49,313 nucleotides of DNA. Origin: an uncultured Thermotogae bacterium (GTDB taxonomy: Bacteria > Bipolaricaulota > Bipolaricaulia > M55B111). The position numbers and the translations under genes were made by a program. This document shows, one piece after another, positions 36,225 through 45,933 of this stretch (the stretch's first letter is position 1; the number at the start of each line of letters is the position of its first letter). A model generated the notes under the pieces. It saw only the letters and a list, made by a program, of their open reading frames with translations. It ran no database searches and had not been told where the DNA came from. The stretch covers positions 1 to 49,313 of the forward strand of contig CAZDMI010000002.1 in NCBI GenBank assembly GCA_964506635.1. The letters run 5' to 3'.

Positions 36225-36258
36225 AGAATATAATCGCCACCCCTCACCGTAGTTTCCT

Positions 36259-39200
36259 CTATCCCTGGTATTCTTCGAGGTTTTTTACGGTTAGACCGCT
36301 CCGCTTCGAGTTTTTTATAGCCCGGACCGCCGCGTGTGCCGCCTGCAGATCGGTAATGTACGGGATATTCAGGTCGACCGCCGCCCGGCGAATCTTGAAA
36401 CCGTCCCGGTGAGGCTTCTGCCCCTCGGTCGGGGTATTGATTATCAGATCTATCTCCTCGATCCTGTCGAGTACGTCGGGCGACCCCTGGCTGATCTTGT
36501 TGACCCTCTCCAGTTCTACATCATGATCCTCGAGGTATGAGGCAGTTCCATTCGTACAGAGCAATTCCAGTCCTGCCTCTTCCAGTTCTTTAGCAACAGG
36601 GATAATTTCGGCCTTATCGGCGTCCCGTACGCTCAGCATTACTTTACCTGATTCGGGTAACTCGTTGCCGGCTGCCAGCTGAGCCTTGTAGTAGGCTCGA
36701 TCAAAACTCCCGGCAATTCCCATTACTTCGCCGGTGGACTGCATTTCCGGTCCCAGCAGCGGGTCCACTCCGGGCAGGTTCTCAAATGGAGGAACGACTT
36801 CTTTTACCGCCACGTGGCCAGGCGACCCATCTTGATAGTCAATATTTGCCAGGTCCTTTCCGGCCATCACCTTTGCGGCAATTTTCGCAAGCGGTATCCC
36901 CCTTGCCTTGCTCAGGAAGGGAACCGTTCTGCTGGATCTCGGGTTTGCTTCGAGCAAAAAGATATTCCCGTTCTTTACTGCAAGCTGGACATTTAGCAGT
37001 CCGACTACGTTAAGTGACTTGGCAATTTCCTTTACGTTCCTCTCTATTCTGGTCAGCAGCTCGGGCGATGTCGATTGTGGCGGGAAGACACAGGCCGAAT
37101 CGCCGGAATGAACGCCGGCGTGTTCCACGTGTTCCATTATTCCCCCGATCAGTACGTCCTTATCGTCACATATCGCATCGACGTCTATTTCGGTACTGTT
37201 CTCCAGAAAACGGTCGATCAGCAGCCCGCCTTCTCCACCTTCTCGCATCGACGAGGCCAGGTACTCCGAAAGCTCTTCCCGGTCGTAGAGCACCTCCATT
37301 TCCCTGCCGCCGAGTACGTAGGAAGGACGAACGAGTACGGGATACCCTATCCGCTCAGCCAGTTCTCTTGCTTCTTCCTTCGTGTGGGCTATACCGTTTT
37401 CCGGTTGGGAAATGTTTAAGTCCTCCAGCTTCACCCGGAAGCTATCCCTGTCCTCAGCAACGTCCATCATCTTTGGGTCGGTGCCGAATATTTCCGTCTC
37501 TATGTCTTCTCGGCGATTCAGCTCCTGCTCCAGCGGGCTCGCCAGGTTAACCGAGGTCTGGCCACCGAACTGAACGATAACTCCTTCCGGCTTCTCCCGC
37601 TCAATTACGTTCATTACATCCTCCAGCGTCAGCGGGTCGAAAAAGAGTTTGTCCGAAGTGTCGTAATCGGTAGAGACGGTCTCCGGGTTGTTGTTGAGCA
37701 TTACGGTCTCGTAACCTTCCTCGTTCAACCCCTCGAGTGCGTGGACGCAGCCGTAATCGAATTCTATTCCCTGACCGATACGAATAGGACCGGCTCCAAG
37801 GATCAGTACCTTCTCGTCGTCGCTCGAATTGGATTCTTCGTCGGGTTGCCCGGCCGTAAGCCGACCCTTACTCCTGTAAGTCGAATAATAATAAGGGGTT
37901 TCCGCACGAAACTCGCCGGCACAGGTGTCGACCATTTTGTAGTCAAGGTCCAGGACCTTTTTCCTGGTATTTTCTACCTCTTTCTCCTCAACCCCGGCAA
38001 TATCGGCAATTAAGCTATCACTAAACCCTTTCTTTTTCGCTTTCGGAAGTGCTTTCCGCCAGTCATCCCTGAGCTGCTCTTCTACATCGAGGATATTTTG
38101 GAATCTGCGGATCCAGAAGCTATCGATTTTCGAGTGCTCCGCGACTTCTTCGACGCTCATCCCGGATTTCAACGCATCATAGATCGCGAACTTTCTTCTA
38201 TCAGTCGGTCGCTTGAGAAATTCTATAATTTCGTCCCTGGACTCAAATTTGCCTCTGTTCTTCTCGACCAGACCTTCCTTCCCTATATCCAGGGAGCGTA
38301 CTGCCTTGAGAATTGCCTCTTCCAGGTTGCGACCGATGGCCATTACCTCTCCGGTCGACTTCATCTGGGTCGTCAGCTCCCTATCGACGTCACGGAACTT
38401 CTCGAACGGCCATTTCGGTATTTTCACCACGGTGTAATCAACGGTCGGCTCGAAAGCGGCCGGCGTTTCTTCGGTCACGTCGTTAGGTATCTCGTCCAGA
38501 TTCATCCCGATCGCAATTTTTGCCGCCACCCGCGCTATCGGGTAACCCGTTGCCTTCGAGGCAAGCGCTGAGGACCGGGAAACTCTCGGGTTCACTTCTA
38601 CGACGCGGTATTCACCCGAATCCGGGTTAAGGGCGAACTGAATGTTGCAGCCCCCTTCGACTCCGAGCTCCCTGATTATGCGGATTGCCGCCGTCCGCAG
38701 CTTCTGGTGTTCGGTATCGGATAGAGTCTGGGATGGAGCAGTCACCATCGACTCTCCGGTATGAATCCCCATTGGATCCATGTTTTCCATGTTGACCACA
38801 GTTATGCAGGTATCGCTGGAGTCCCGAATGACCTCGTATTCGAACTCCTTCCAGCCTTCGACGCTCTCTTCCACCAGAACCTGGTCAATTCGGGAGAGCT
38901 TCAGCCCGCGAGAAGCTATCCCTTCGAACTCGGCCTCCGTCTTTGCCAGCCCACCTCCGGCGCCACCCAGCGTGTAAGCCGGTCGTACAACCAGCGGGAG
39001 TCCCAGCTTCGCCTTCGCATCCCGAGCTTCATCGAGCGAAGCGACCGGAATGCTCTCAGCCACCTTCTCTCCGATTGACTCCATGAGGTTCTTGAACCTG
39101 GCCCGGTCCTCGCTTTCGTGGATCGTCTCTATCGGGGTTCCGAGGACTTCAACTCCGTAGTCTTGCAGGACGCCGCGGTCCTCCAGCTCCGCAGTTAGGT

Positions 39201-39489
39201 TTAGTCCGGTCTGGCCGCCGAGCCCCGCCGCAATTCCGTCCGGCTTTTCCCGTTTGATTACTTTCTCAAGCGTATCTCCGGTAAGCGGCTCGATGTAGAC
39301 CGAATCCGCCATGTCCGGATCAGTCATTATCGTAGCCGGGTTGGAGTTTACCAGGGCTACTTCGACGCCCTCTTCCCTCAATCCCTGACAGGCCTGCGAA
39401 CCAGAGTAGTCGAACTCCGCTGCCTGCCCGATCCGTATCGGCCCGCTACCAACCAAAAGTACTTTGTCGATATCAGAACGCTTTGGCAT
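36259..39489 (-). CDS. carB: Carbamoyl-phosphate synthase large subunit
   Basis: MPKRSDIDKVLLVGSGPIRIGQAAEFDYSGSQ, a duplicated ATP-grasp halves pattern and a second LILGAGPIRIGQGIEFDY. The ATG at 39489 is preceded by GGAGGA and overlaps the carA 3' end by 17 nt. The upstream extension to 39624 has an Arg/Ser/Thr-rich, non-CarB sequence and is rejected. Confidence 0.95.
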   Translation of the reverse strand: MPKRSDIDKVLLVGSGPIRIGQAAEFDYSGSQACQGLREEGVEVALVNSNPATIMTDPDMADSVYIEPLTGDTLEKVIKREKPDGIAAGLGGQTGLNLTAELEDRGVLQDYGVEVLGTPIETIHESEDRARFKNLMESIGEKVAESIPVASLDEARDAKAKLGLPLVVRPAYTLGGAGGGLAKTEAEFEGIASRGLKLSRIDQVLVEESVEGWKEFEYEVIRDSSDTCITVVNMENMDPMGIHTGESMVTAPSQTLSDTEHQKLRTAAIRIIRELGVEGGCNIQFALNPDSGEYRVVEVNPRVSRSSALASKATGYPIARVAAKIAIGMNLDEIPNDVTEETPAAFEPTVDYTVVKIPKWPFEKFRDVDRELTTQMKSTGEVMAIGRNLEEAILKAVRSLDIGKEGLVEKNRGKFESRDEIIEFLKRPTDRRKFAIYDALKSGMSVEEVAEHSKIDSFWIRRFQNILDVEEQLRDDWRKALPKAKKKGFSDSLIADIAGVEEKEVENTRKKVLDLDYKMVDTCAGEFRAETPYYYSTYRSKGRLTAGQPDEESNSSDDEKVLILGAGPIRIGQGIEFDYGCVHALEGLNEEGYETVMLNNNPETVSTDYDTSDKLFFDPLTLEDVMNVIEREKPEGVIVQFGGQTSVNLASPLEQELNRREDIETEIFGTDPKMMDVAEDRDSFRVKLEDLNISQPENGIAHTKEEARELAERIGYPVLVRPSYVLGGREMEVLYDREELSEYLASSMREGGEGGLLIDRFLENSTEIDVDAICDDKDVLIGGIMEHVEHAGVHSGDSACVFPPQSTSPELLTRIERNVKEIAKSLNVVGLLNVQLAVKNGNIFLLEANPRSSRTVPFLSKARGIPLAKIAAKVMAGKDLANIDYQDGSPGHVAVKEVVPPFENLPGVDPLLGPEMQSTGEVMGIAGSFDRAYYKAQLAAGNELPESGKVMLSVRDADKAEIIPVAKELEEAGLELLCTNGTASYLEDHDVELERVNKISQGSPDVLDRIEEIDLIINTPTEGQKPHRDGFKIRRAAVDLNIPYITDLQAAHAAVRAIKNSKRSGLTVKNLEEYQG

Positions 39490-40567
39490 GGTCCTCCTTG
39501 ATGACCTTTTCGACTCGCTCGAAGAATGAAGCCTCGTTGTCCTCAGGCCCCGGCGAGGCCTCCGGGTGGTACTGAACTGCAAATACGTTCCTGTTCTCGT
39601 CGGAGATGGCTTCGACCGTGCCATCGATTGCGTTTGTCTCCGGTACCTTTAATCCCGTTCCATCCAGGGAATCCTTATCTATCGCGAAGCCGTGATTTTG
39701 TGCCGTTATGTTAACTACCCCGCTATCGTGATCCTTAACTGGCTGATTGGCTCCCCGGTGGCCGAACTTCAACTTGTATGTCTCTCCGCCCAGCGCAAGT
39801 GAGATTATCTGTGCCCCGAAACAGATCCCGAAGGTCGGTACGTCACCGAGAAACCAGCGCGCCGTCTCCTTCGGCTGGAGGGCGTTTTCCGGGTCGCCGG
39901 GCCCGTTGGTAAAAAAGATCCCATCCGGCTCGTATTTTTCCACCTCTTCGGGACCGGTATCATGTGGCAATAATTTAACGTCGAAACCCCTCTCCGCAAG
40001 GTCCTTCAGTATATTTTTCTTAACTCCCGTATCTATAACCACAACCGTCGGACCCGTCCCGCCCAGGCTTGCGGGCTTCTCCGTACTTACTTCGGGTATG
40101 AGGTCCTTTTCTTCTATCGGCGGCTGAGCCTTCGCAGCAGCCAGGACTTCTTCTCGGTCGTAATTACCGACTCCGACGGCCGATTTCACGGTTCCGCGCT
40201 CCCTGATTCTCAGCGTAAGTTCCCGGGTATCCACCCCGAAAATCCCGCGTGACCCGTTATCCTCCAGGTAGCCCTGCACGGGTTTCCCCGAATCCGGGTT
40301 CTCGGGCCGTTCCGTGAGCTCTTCCGCAACAATGGCCTCCGGCTGGATCGAATCCGACTGCGGATTCTTACCCTGAATCCCGTAGTTTCCGATCAATGGA
40401 TAGGTGAACATCAGTATCTGTCCCTTGTACGACGGATCGGTCAGCGCCTCCTCGTAACCCGTAAAGGAGGTATTAAAAACCAGTTCTCCGGTTGATATCC
40501 CTTTTACCCCGGCTCCCTTTCCTTCGATTACGACCCCACTTTCCAGGGCAAGTAAAGCTTTATTCAT
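39473..40567 (-). CDS. carA: Carbamoyl-phosphate synthase small (glutaminase) subunit
   Basis: Class I glutamine amidotransferase triad context (GICFGAQ, HGFA, QYHPE). 364 aa, adjacent to carB. Confidence 0.95.
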   Translation of the reverse strand: MNKALLALESGVVIEGKGAGVKGISTGELVFNTSFTGYEEALTDPSYKGQILMFTYPLIGNYGIQGKNPQSDSIQPEAIVAEELTERPENPDSGKPVQGYLEDNGSRGIFGVDTRELTLRIRERGTVKSAVGVGNYDREEVLAAAKAQPPIEEKDLIPEVSTEKPASLGGTGPTVVVIDTGVKKNILKDLAERGFDVKLLPHDTGPEEVEKYEPDGIFFTNGPGDPENALQPKETARWFLGDVPTFGICFGAQIISLALGGETYKLKFGHRGANQPVKDHDSGVVNITAQNHGFAIDKDSLDGTGLKVPETNAIDGTVEAISDENRNVFAVQYHPEASPGPEDNEASFFERVEKVIKEDHAKAF

Positions 40568-40583
40568 GGTTAATATCCCCTTT

Positions 40584-41963
40584 TTATCCCTCGTTCAATC
40601 CTTTCTCGCCGAGGTTTTCCAGGGCCATTCGGAAGTTAGCCCTCCTGTCCATCCATTTCTTTTCCCTTCTTTTTAGCTCGGCTCGTCCCTCTTCCAGATT
40701 CAGGTTTCCCGGCCCGCCCTTGTGCTGTCGTGACTCGAGCGCTTCTCGGGCTTTCTCCGGGCTGACTTTTCCTTTTTGCTCCCCCTGCTTGGTTGCTTGC
40801 TTGACCTCTCTGTAAGCCTCTCTGAACGGTTTACCCTGCTTCACCAGGGAGAACACCCTGTCGGTGGCAAATACCTCCTCGCTGAAACCGGACAGCAGGT
40901 TTTCCTCGTTCACTTCCAGTTCCGAAATCAGCGGCTGCAGTATCCGGATACAACCAGAAACGGTATCCAATCCCTCCATCATTGCTCGCTTTGTTTCTTG
41001 CAAGTCGCGGCTGTAACCGGACCGAAGGCTTTGAAGCACGTTGTAGAGTTCGTTAATTTTGCCGGAAAACGCGGAAGCCCGACCCCGAACCAGCTCCAGT
41101 ACGTCCGGATTCTCCTTCTGCGGCATGATTGAAGAACCAGTGGTAAACTCCTCGGGGATTTTGAAGTATCCGAACTGATCGTCGCTGAAGCTTATCAGGT
41201 CCTCCGCCAGCCGGGAAAGCTCCAGGGTTAACCCACCGAGCGCGGACAAAAGATGGTATTCGAACTTGCCCCGGCTGTTCATCACGTAGATCGCGTTGTT
41301 CTGTACCTTGCCGAATCCGAGCTGAGCGGCGGTAAGTTCCCTGTCCAGCTTTACGGGAACTCCGTAGCCCGCCCCGACGCCCAGTGGGGATTGATCGATT
41401 AACTTGAAGGCCGAGTCCAGCGGTACCAGCCCGTCAATCAGCGCCTCGGCGTAGCCGGCGGACCAGAGGCCGACGGAAGAGGGCATCGCCTTCCGGCTGT
41501 GGGTGTAGCCGACCATCGGAGTATCCGCTTCCTCTTCCGCAAAATCCAGAAGTGCTTCCGCCAGGTCAACTATCTCCTCGACCAGCTTGAAGACGTAGTC
41601 CTTTTCGTAGAGGCGGAGGTCAACCAGCACCTGGTCGTTGCGGGATCTAGCCGTATGTAATTTGGCTCCGAGATCACCTAGCGATTCCGTTAGTTTATTT
41701 TCTACCTTCGTGTGAACGTCCTCGTCCTCCGGAGAAAGCTGGATTTTCTCGTCCAGCAGTTTTCTCAGCTCCTCCCTGAGCTCGTCGGCTTCCGAACCGG
41801 ACAGCAGGCCGATTTCTTCCAATCCGGTTACGTGGGCTATAGAGCCGTAAAGGTCGTAGTCGGCCAGGCGCTGATCGTAGCCCACGTCAGCGCCCGCCGT
41901 AAACTCTTCCGTCAGGTTCTTCAGGTCCGAGTGGCCTTCTCCGTCTACTTCCCAGATCTTCAT
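40584..41963 (-). CDS. argH: Argininosuccinate lyase
   Basis: Fumarate-lyase signature GSSIMPQKENPD and TARSRNDQV. 459 aa. The ATG lies 4 nt after the argG stop. Confidence 0.95.
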   Translation of the reverse strand: MKIWEVDGEGHSDLKNLTEEFTAGADVGYDQRLADYDLYGSIAHVTGLEEIGLLSGSEADELREELRKLLDEKIQLSPEDEDVHTKVENKLTESLGDLGAKLHTARSRNDQVLVDLRLYEKDYVFKLVEEIVDLAEALLDFAEEEADTPMVGYTHSRKAMPSSVGLWSAGYAEALIDGLVPLDSAFKLIDQSPLGVGAGYGVPVKLDRELTAAQLGFGKVQNNAIYVMNSRGKFEYHLLSALGGLTLELSRLAEDLISFSDDQFGYFKIPEEFTTGSSIMPQKENPDVLELVRGRASAFSGKINELYNVLQSLRSGYSRDLQETKRAMMEGLDTVSGCIRILQPLISELEVNEENLLSGFSEEVFATDRVFSLVKQGKPFREAYREVKQATKQGEQKGKVSPEKAREALESRQHKGGPGNLNLEEGRAELKRREKKWMDRRANFRMALENLGEKGLNEG

Positions 41964-41967
41964 CTCG

Positions 41968-43224
41968 TCAGACCTCGGAGTTTTCCTGGTTAAAGCCGAC
42001 GCGCGTCGGGAGGCTCCAGATATCTATGAAACCCTCCGAGGAGGACTGGTCGAAAGTACTGCCCTCGTCGTAGGTAGCCAGGGAATAGCTATAGAGTCCG
42101 TTCTCCGAACTCCGTCCGGTAACGGTTGCCTTCCCTTTGAACAACTTAAGTTCTACCTCCCCTTCCACCTTTTCGTTTACCTTGTCAATGTAGGCATTGA
42201 GGTCGGACATGAGCGGGTCGAAAGCCAGACCCTGGTAGACCATTTCGCCCCATTTTTTATCGACCATCGGCTTGAACCCGTTTTCGTGGCGGGTCGAGCA
42301 ATACTTTTCCAGTTCTTCGTGGGCTTTAAGGATTACCGACGCAGCCGGTGTCTCGTATATTTCTCGCGATTTCAACCCGACGATTCTATCCTCAACCATG
42401 TCTATCAGGCCAACTCCGTGCTTTCCGGCAAGCTCGTTCAATTCCTTGATCAGGGGGGCCAGGTCCATCTTTTCCCCGTTTAGCCCAACGGGCACGCCGT
42501 TCTCAAAGTCCAGTTTCACGTATTCCGCCTCGTCCGGCGTTTCCGGGACCGGATTGGTCAACTCGTGGACGTCCTCCGGCGGTTCCGTGCTCGGGTTCTC
42601 CAGCTCTCCACACTCCACGCTTCGGCCCCAGAGGTTTTCGTCGATCGAATAGGGCGACCCCTCGTCCACCGGAATCGGAATTCCGTTTTCTTCGGCGTAG
42701 ACCAGCTCTTCGTCCCGACCCATATCCCACTTTCTGATCGGCGCCAGGACGTTTATCGAATCGTCGAGGGCGGTAATCGATGCCTCAAATCTGACCTGGT
42801 CGTTTCCCTTACCGGTACTCCCGTGGGCGATCGCCGAAATGCCTTCCGCGTTCGCGTACTCCACGGCGATTTCGCTCATCAGTGGTCTGGCCAGTGCCGT
42901 GCTCAGCGGGTAGCTGTCCTGGTAAAGGCCGTTTGCTTTGATGCTTGTCGCGATGTATTCCTCCGCAAACTGTTCCTTGGCGTCAATCACGAACGCGTTT
43001 TTCGCTCCGAGGTCTAACGCTTTCTCTTTAACCTGATCCAGGTGCGCTTCTCTCTGGCCGACGTCAACTGTAAAAGTCGAAACGTCGGCCTCGTACTGGT
43101 CCTGAATCCAGGTGAGCATAACCGAGGTATCCAGCCCGCCGGAATACATCAAGAGGGCGTGGTCTATTTCGTCCTTGAGTTCCGGATCAACTTCTAAACT
43201 CGATTCTTCACTTTTGGTCGTCAA
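41968..43224 (-). CDS. argG: Argininosuccinate synthase
   Basis: LMYSGGLDTS (PP-loop), HGSTGKGNDQVRFE and ENLWGRS. TTG start. About 25 aa of acidic N-terminal extension, so the start is somewhat uncertain. Confidence 0.93.
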   Translation of the reverse strand: MTTKSEESSLEVDPELKDEIDHALLMYSGGLDTSVMLTWIQDQYEADVSTFTVDVGQREAHLDQVKEKALDLGAKNAFVIDAKEQFAEEYIATSIKANGLYQDSYPLSTALARPLMSEIAVEYANAEGISAIAHGSTGKGNDQVRFEASITALDDSINVLAPIRKWDMGRDEELVYAEENGIPIPVDEGSPYSIDENLWGRSVECGELENPSTEPPEDVHELTNPVPETPDEAEYVKLDFENGVPVGLNGEKMDLAPLIKELNELAGKHGVGLIDMVEDRIVGLKSREIYETPAASVILKAHEELEKYCSTRHENGFKPMVDKKWGEMVYQGLAFDPLMSDLNAYIDKVNEKVEGEVELKLFKGKATVTGRSSENGLYSYSLATYDEGSTFDQSSSEGFIDIWSLPTRVGFNQENSEV

Positions 43225-44044
43225 TTCAGTCGCCTTCCCAATTTCATCACCTCAAAAATATTTGATGCTGCAGATTTGGTATTTTAGTGATCAGTAAAAC
43301 AAACTTAGATTACGGAAACCGTAGCCGGGGCCATTCGAAAGAAAATAGCTCAACCGGAACCGCGATGATTCCGTAAAGGTCCTGCTGCTCCAGAATGTAA
43401 AAGTGTAGATTATTTGAGGGAGGTTAGCCCTCTCCTGAGTGGAGAGATAGCAGAAATGAGGAAGCCAGTCAGGATTCTAAAAGAAAGTCTAAAAGCCTGT
43501 TTGGTATTGTTCATATTTTTGGCCACCTCTTGGACAGGAATTTACTCCAAATTGGTCCTAATTTCAAGGGGGGTTTTTGTCATTTAACTTTTTTGCGAGC
43601 TTTACGAAACACTTTCAACCTAATTGCACTAAAAGTTGATCCCCTTAAAAATTTATGTCGAAAACATTTAAATTCATGGGTTGATTTCTCGCTAAGGGTT
43701 CGTTAAACTCAGTTCTAATATAGGTGAAGATAGAAATGACGAATAATTATTTTGAGGTCCGCAGCGAAAAAATTGGAAAGATGGCTGAAAGCTCAGGCTT
43801 CGGCAGTAAACCGGGCCTCCCCCTTCTATCTTCCCCGATCCACTCCAGGCCGAAGGGGATTTAATCCCCTTTCATATCTAAACTACATTTTTTTCGTTTC
43901 CTTTTCGTATTTCTAAAGTCAAAAAAGAAAACCCAGATCGGGTTTATCTAGAAAACGCGCGAAAGAGGGTTTTCTTCAGGAGTACGAAAATTTCAATATT
44001 CAACATTCATAATAACACAACGATAAATCTAGGAGGTGTTTGCT

Positions 44045-44209
44045 ATGGTCAATTGTCCTGAGTGCGGTACGGAAATCGATCTTCCGGAAGACACTATCAA
44101 GAACGAGATTCTGGATTGTCCTACCTGTGGCCTGGAGCTCGAAGTGGTGAGCCTGGATCCGGCCGAGGTAGATCTCGCACCCGAAGAAGAAGAAGACTGG
44201 GGTGAATAG
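44045..44209 (+). CDS. lysW: Amino-group carrier protein LysW/ArgW
   Basis: 54-aa ORF not in the supplied track (too short): MVNCPECGTEIDLPEDTIKNEILDCPTCGLELEVVSLDPAEVDLAPEEEEDWGE. It has a CPxCG...CPxCG zinc ribbon and the hallmark C-terminal EDWGE. SD AGGAGGTG (44031-44038). LysX-type ligase genes follow directly. Confidence 0.88.
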   Translation: MVNCPECGTEIDLPEDTIKNEILDCPTCGLELEVVSLDPAEVDLAPEEEEDWGE

Positions 44210-44212
44210 AAC

Positions 44213-45091
44213 TTGAAGGTGGAGTTAGGAGTTCTGGCATCGCGAATCCGACTCGAGGAAAAGACCCTGGTCAAGCAGGCCAGGAAAAGGAACGACGTTA
44301 ATTTGACGATCGTCGATCCGCGCGAATTTACCTGGAGTGAATCCGACTTGCGGCACCTGGACGTTCTTCTGGATAGGGAGATATCACAATCGAGGGCTTA
44401 TCACGTCATGGAACTGCTATCGGGAACGGGAGTTACTCTGGTTAATGACTTTAAAACCGTCCAGCTCTGCGGCGACAAGGCGTTTACCTCAGTTAAGCTC
44501 AAAAAGCACGGGGTGCCGACGCCGGACTTCCGGGTTGCCTTCGACAAGGAGAGCGCGCTGCGAGCGATAGAGGATATCGGGTACCCGGCAGTGCTAAAAC
44601 CCGTCGACGGCTCCTGGGGCAGGATGGTATCCAAGATCGATAACAGGGAATCGGCGGAAGCCACGCTGGAACACAAGTCACAGCTGGATTCGCACTTTCA
44701 CTCCATATATTACGTCCAGGATTTCGTCGAAACGGGAAACAAGGATATTAGGGCCTTCGTCCTGGATCAGGACGTCATCGGTGCCGCCTACCGGGAATCG
44801 GATCACTGGATAACAAACGCGGCCCGGGGCGGGGAATCCAGGGCTTACCCCCTGACCGACGAACTGGAGGAGATAGTCCAGTCAACGAGCGACGTATTCG
44901 GGGGAGGTGCCCTGGCCGTGGATCTGCTGGAAAGCGAACGCGGACTCCTGATAAACGAAGTGAACTGCTCAATGGAGTTCAAGGAATCAATGAAGGTAAT
45001 CGACCGCGATATAGCCGCGGAACTGCTCGAATATACAGTAGAGCAGGTAAAAGTTTCCGAGGAGGTTACTCAAGACAGATGTCTAGCTTAA
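44213..45091 (+). CDS. RimK-type ATP-grasp ligase, LysX/ArgX family (paralogue 1)
   Basis: [14 protein letters not shown]-terminus typical of LysX. ATP-grasp core ([20 protein letters not shown]...LINEVN). TTG start 3 nt after the lysW stop. Confidence 0.85.
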   Translation: MKVELGVLASRIRLEEKTLVKQARKRNDVNLTIVDPREFTWSESDLRHLDVLLDREISQSRAYHVMELLSGTGVTLVNDFKTVQLCGDKAFTSVKLKKHGVPTPDFRVAFDKESALRAIEDIGYPAVLKPVDGSWGRMVSKIDNRESAEATLEHKSQLDSHFHSIYYVQDFVETGNKDIRAFVLDQDVIGAAYRESDHWITNAARGGESRAYPLTDELEEIVQSTSDVFGGGALAVDLLESERGLLINEVNCSMEFKESMKVIDRDIAAELLEYTVEQVKVSEEVTQDRCLA

Positions 45092-45933
45092 ACATAGGAC
45101 TCCTCTTCTCCCGGATAAGGGTGGAGGAGAAGAAGTTGATAAAGGAAGCGGAGGAGCGGGGTCACGAGGTCAGCCGGGTAGATAGCCGCGAGCTGGTCTT
45201 CGATTTCGAGGATAGCTACGATCTTGACGTCCTGCTGGAACGTGACGTTTCCCATTCCCGCGCTCTCTACATACTGAACCTGTTCGAGAACGTCGACGTC
45301 CCCACGGTCAACTCCTACGAGGCCGCCAGGATATGCGGTGACAAGATAGCAACGACCAAGGCACTTCAGGACGCGGGAGTCCCGACTCCCAAAGTCAAAG
45401 TTACCTTTACCAAAGAGAGCGCGCTGGAAGGGATCGAAGAGATGGGTTACCCCGTCGTGCTGAAACCTGTTACCGGTTCCTGGGGCAGGCTACTTGCAAA
45501 GATAAACGACAGGGAATCCGCCGAAGCCGTACTCGAGCACAAAAGCCAGCTCGGCTCCTACTACCACAAGATCTATTACATCCAGGAATACATCGATAAA
45601 CCAAACCGTGACATAAGGGCATTTGTAGTCGGAGGAGAGACTATAGCCGCGATTTACCGCCAGTCGGACCACTGGATCACCAATACGGCTCAGGGTGGCG
45701 AGGCAAAGAACTGTCCGGTCACCGACGAGATTGAACGAATCTGCCGGGAGGCCTCGGAAGCGGTCGGCGGAGGAGTCCTGGCCGTGGACCTGCTGGAAGG
45801 TGAAGACGGACTGACCGTGGCGGAGGTCAACTACACCGTGGAATTCAAGAACAGCATCGAGCCGACCGGAGTCGATATACCCGGCAAGATCCTTGACTAC
45901 GTCGAAGAAGTCGGGGAGGGCGGGGGCAGATGA
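45079..45933 (+). CDS. RimK-type ATP-grasp ligase, LysX/ArgX family (paralogue 2)
   Basis: [27 protein letters not shown] and AVDLLE...VAEVN. Collinear with paralogue 1. The ATG overlaps the preceding gene by 13 nt. Confidence 0.85.
   Translation: MSSLNIGLLFSRIRVEEKKLIKEAEERGHEVSRVDSRELVFDFEDSYDLDVLLERDVSHSRALYILNLFENVDVPTVNSYEAARICGDKIATTKALQDAGVPTPKVKVTFTKESALEGIEEMGYPVVLKPVTGSWGRLLAKINDRESAEAVLEHKSQLGSYYHKIYYIQEYIDKPNRDIRAFVVGGETIAAIYRQSDHWITNTAQGGEAKNCPVTDEIERICREASEAVGGGVLAVDLLEGEDGLTVAEVNYTVEFKNSIEPTGVDIPGKILDYVEEVGEGGGR

Noticed and set aside
35978-36247. 89-aa minus-strand ORF competing with the 106-aa ORF after carB
   Set aside because: It has a GTG with a nearby GAGGA, but its W/C/S-rich sequence is unlike any other product in the window. 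The acidic 106-aa frame is kept instead, at low confidence.
36334-39078. Many 60-178-aa + strand ORFs inside carB (for example 37014-37550, 37075-37419, 38098-38571, 38761-39078)
   Set aside because: They are antisense to an unambiguous carB and are Arg/Pro/Ser-rich, the typical artefact of GC-rich coding DNA.
39473-39489. 17-nt carA/carB overlap as a possible programmed frameshift or fusion
   Set aside because: Both reading frames have their own start and stop, and carB has its own SD. This is ordinary translational coupling.
39490-39624. N-terminal 45-aa extension of carB in the ORF track (start at 39624)
   Set aside because: The extension (MARSKPSPTRTGTYLQFSTTRRPRRG...) is Arg/Ser/Thr-rich and unlike CarB, and it lies inside carA. 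The canonical MPKRSDI start at 39489 has a GGAGGA RBS.
43991-44012. TGAAT/ATTCA-containing repeats considered as an ARG box (ArgR/AhrC operator)
   Set aside because: The units are direct 7-bp repeats, not the 18-bp TGAAT-N-ATTCA palindrome. They are kept only as an unexplained repeat in the lysW leader finding.
44029-44274. 81-aa minus-strand ORF across the lysW locus
   Set aside because: Ser/Arg-rich with no RBS, and antisense to a textbook LysW ORF that has a strong SD.
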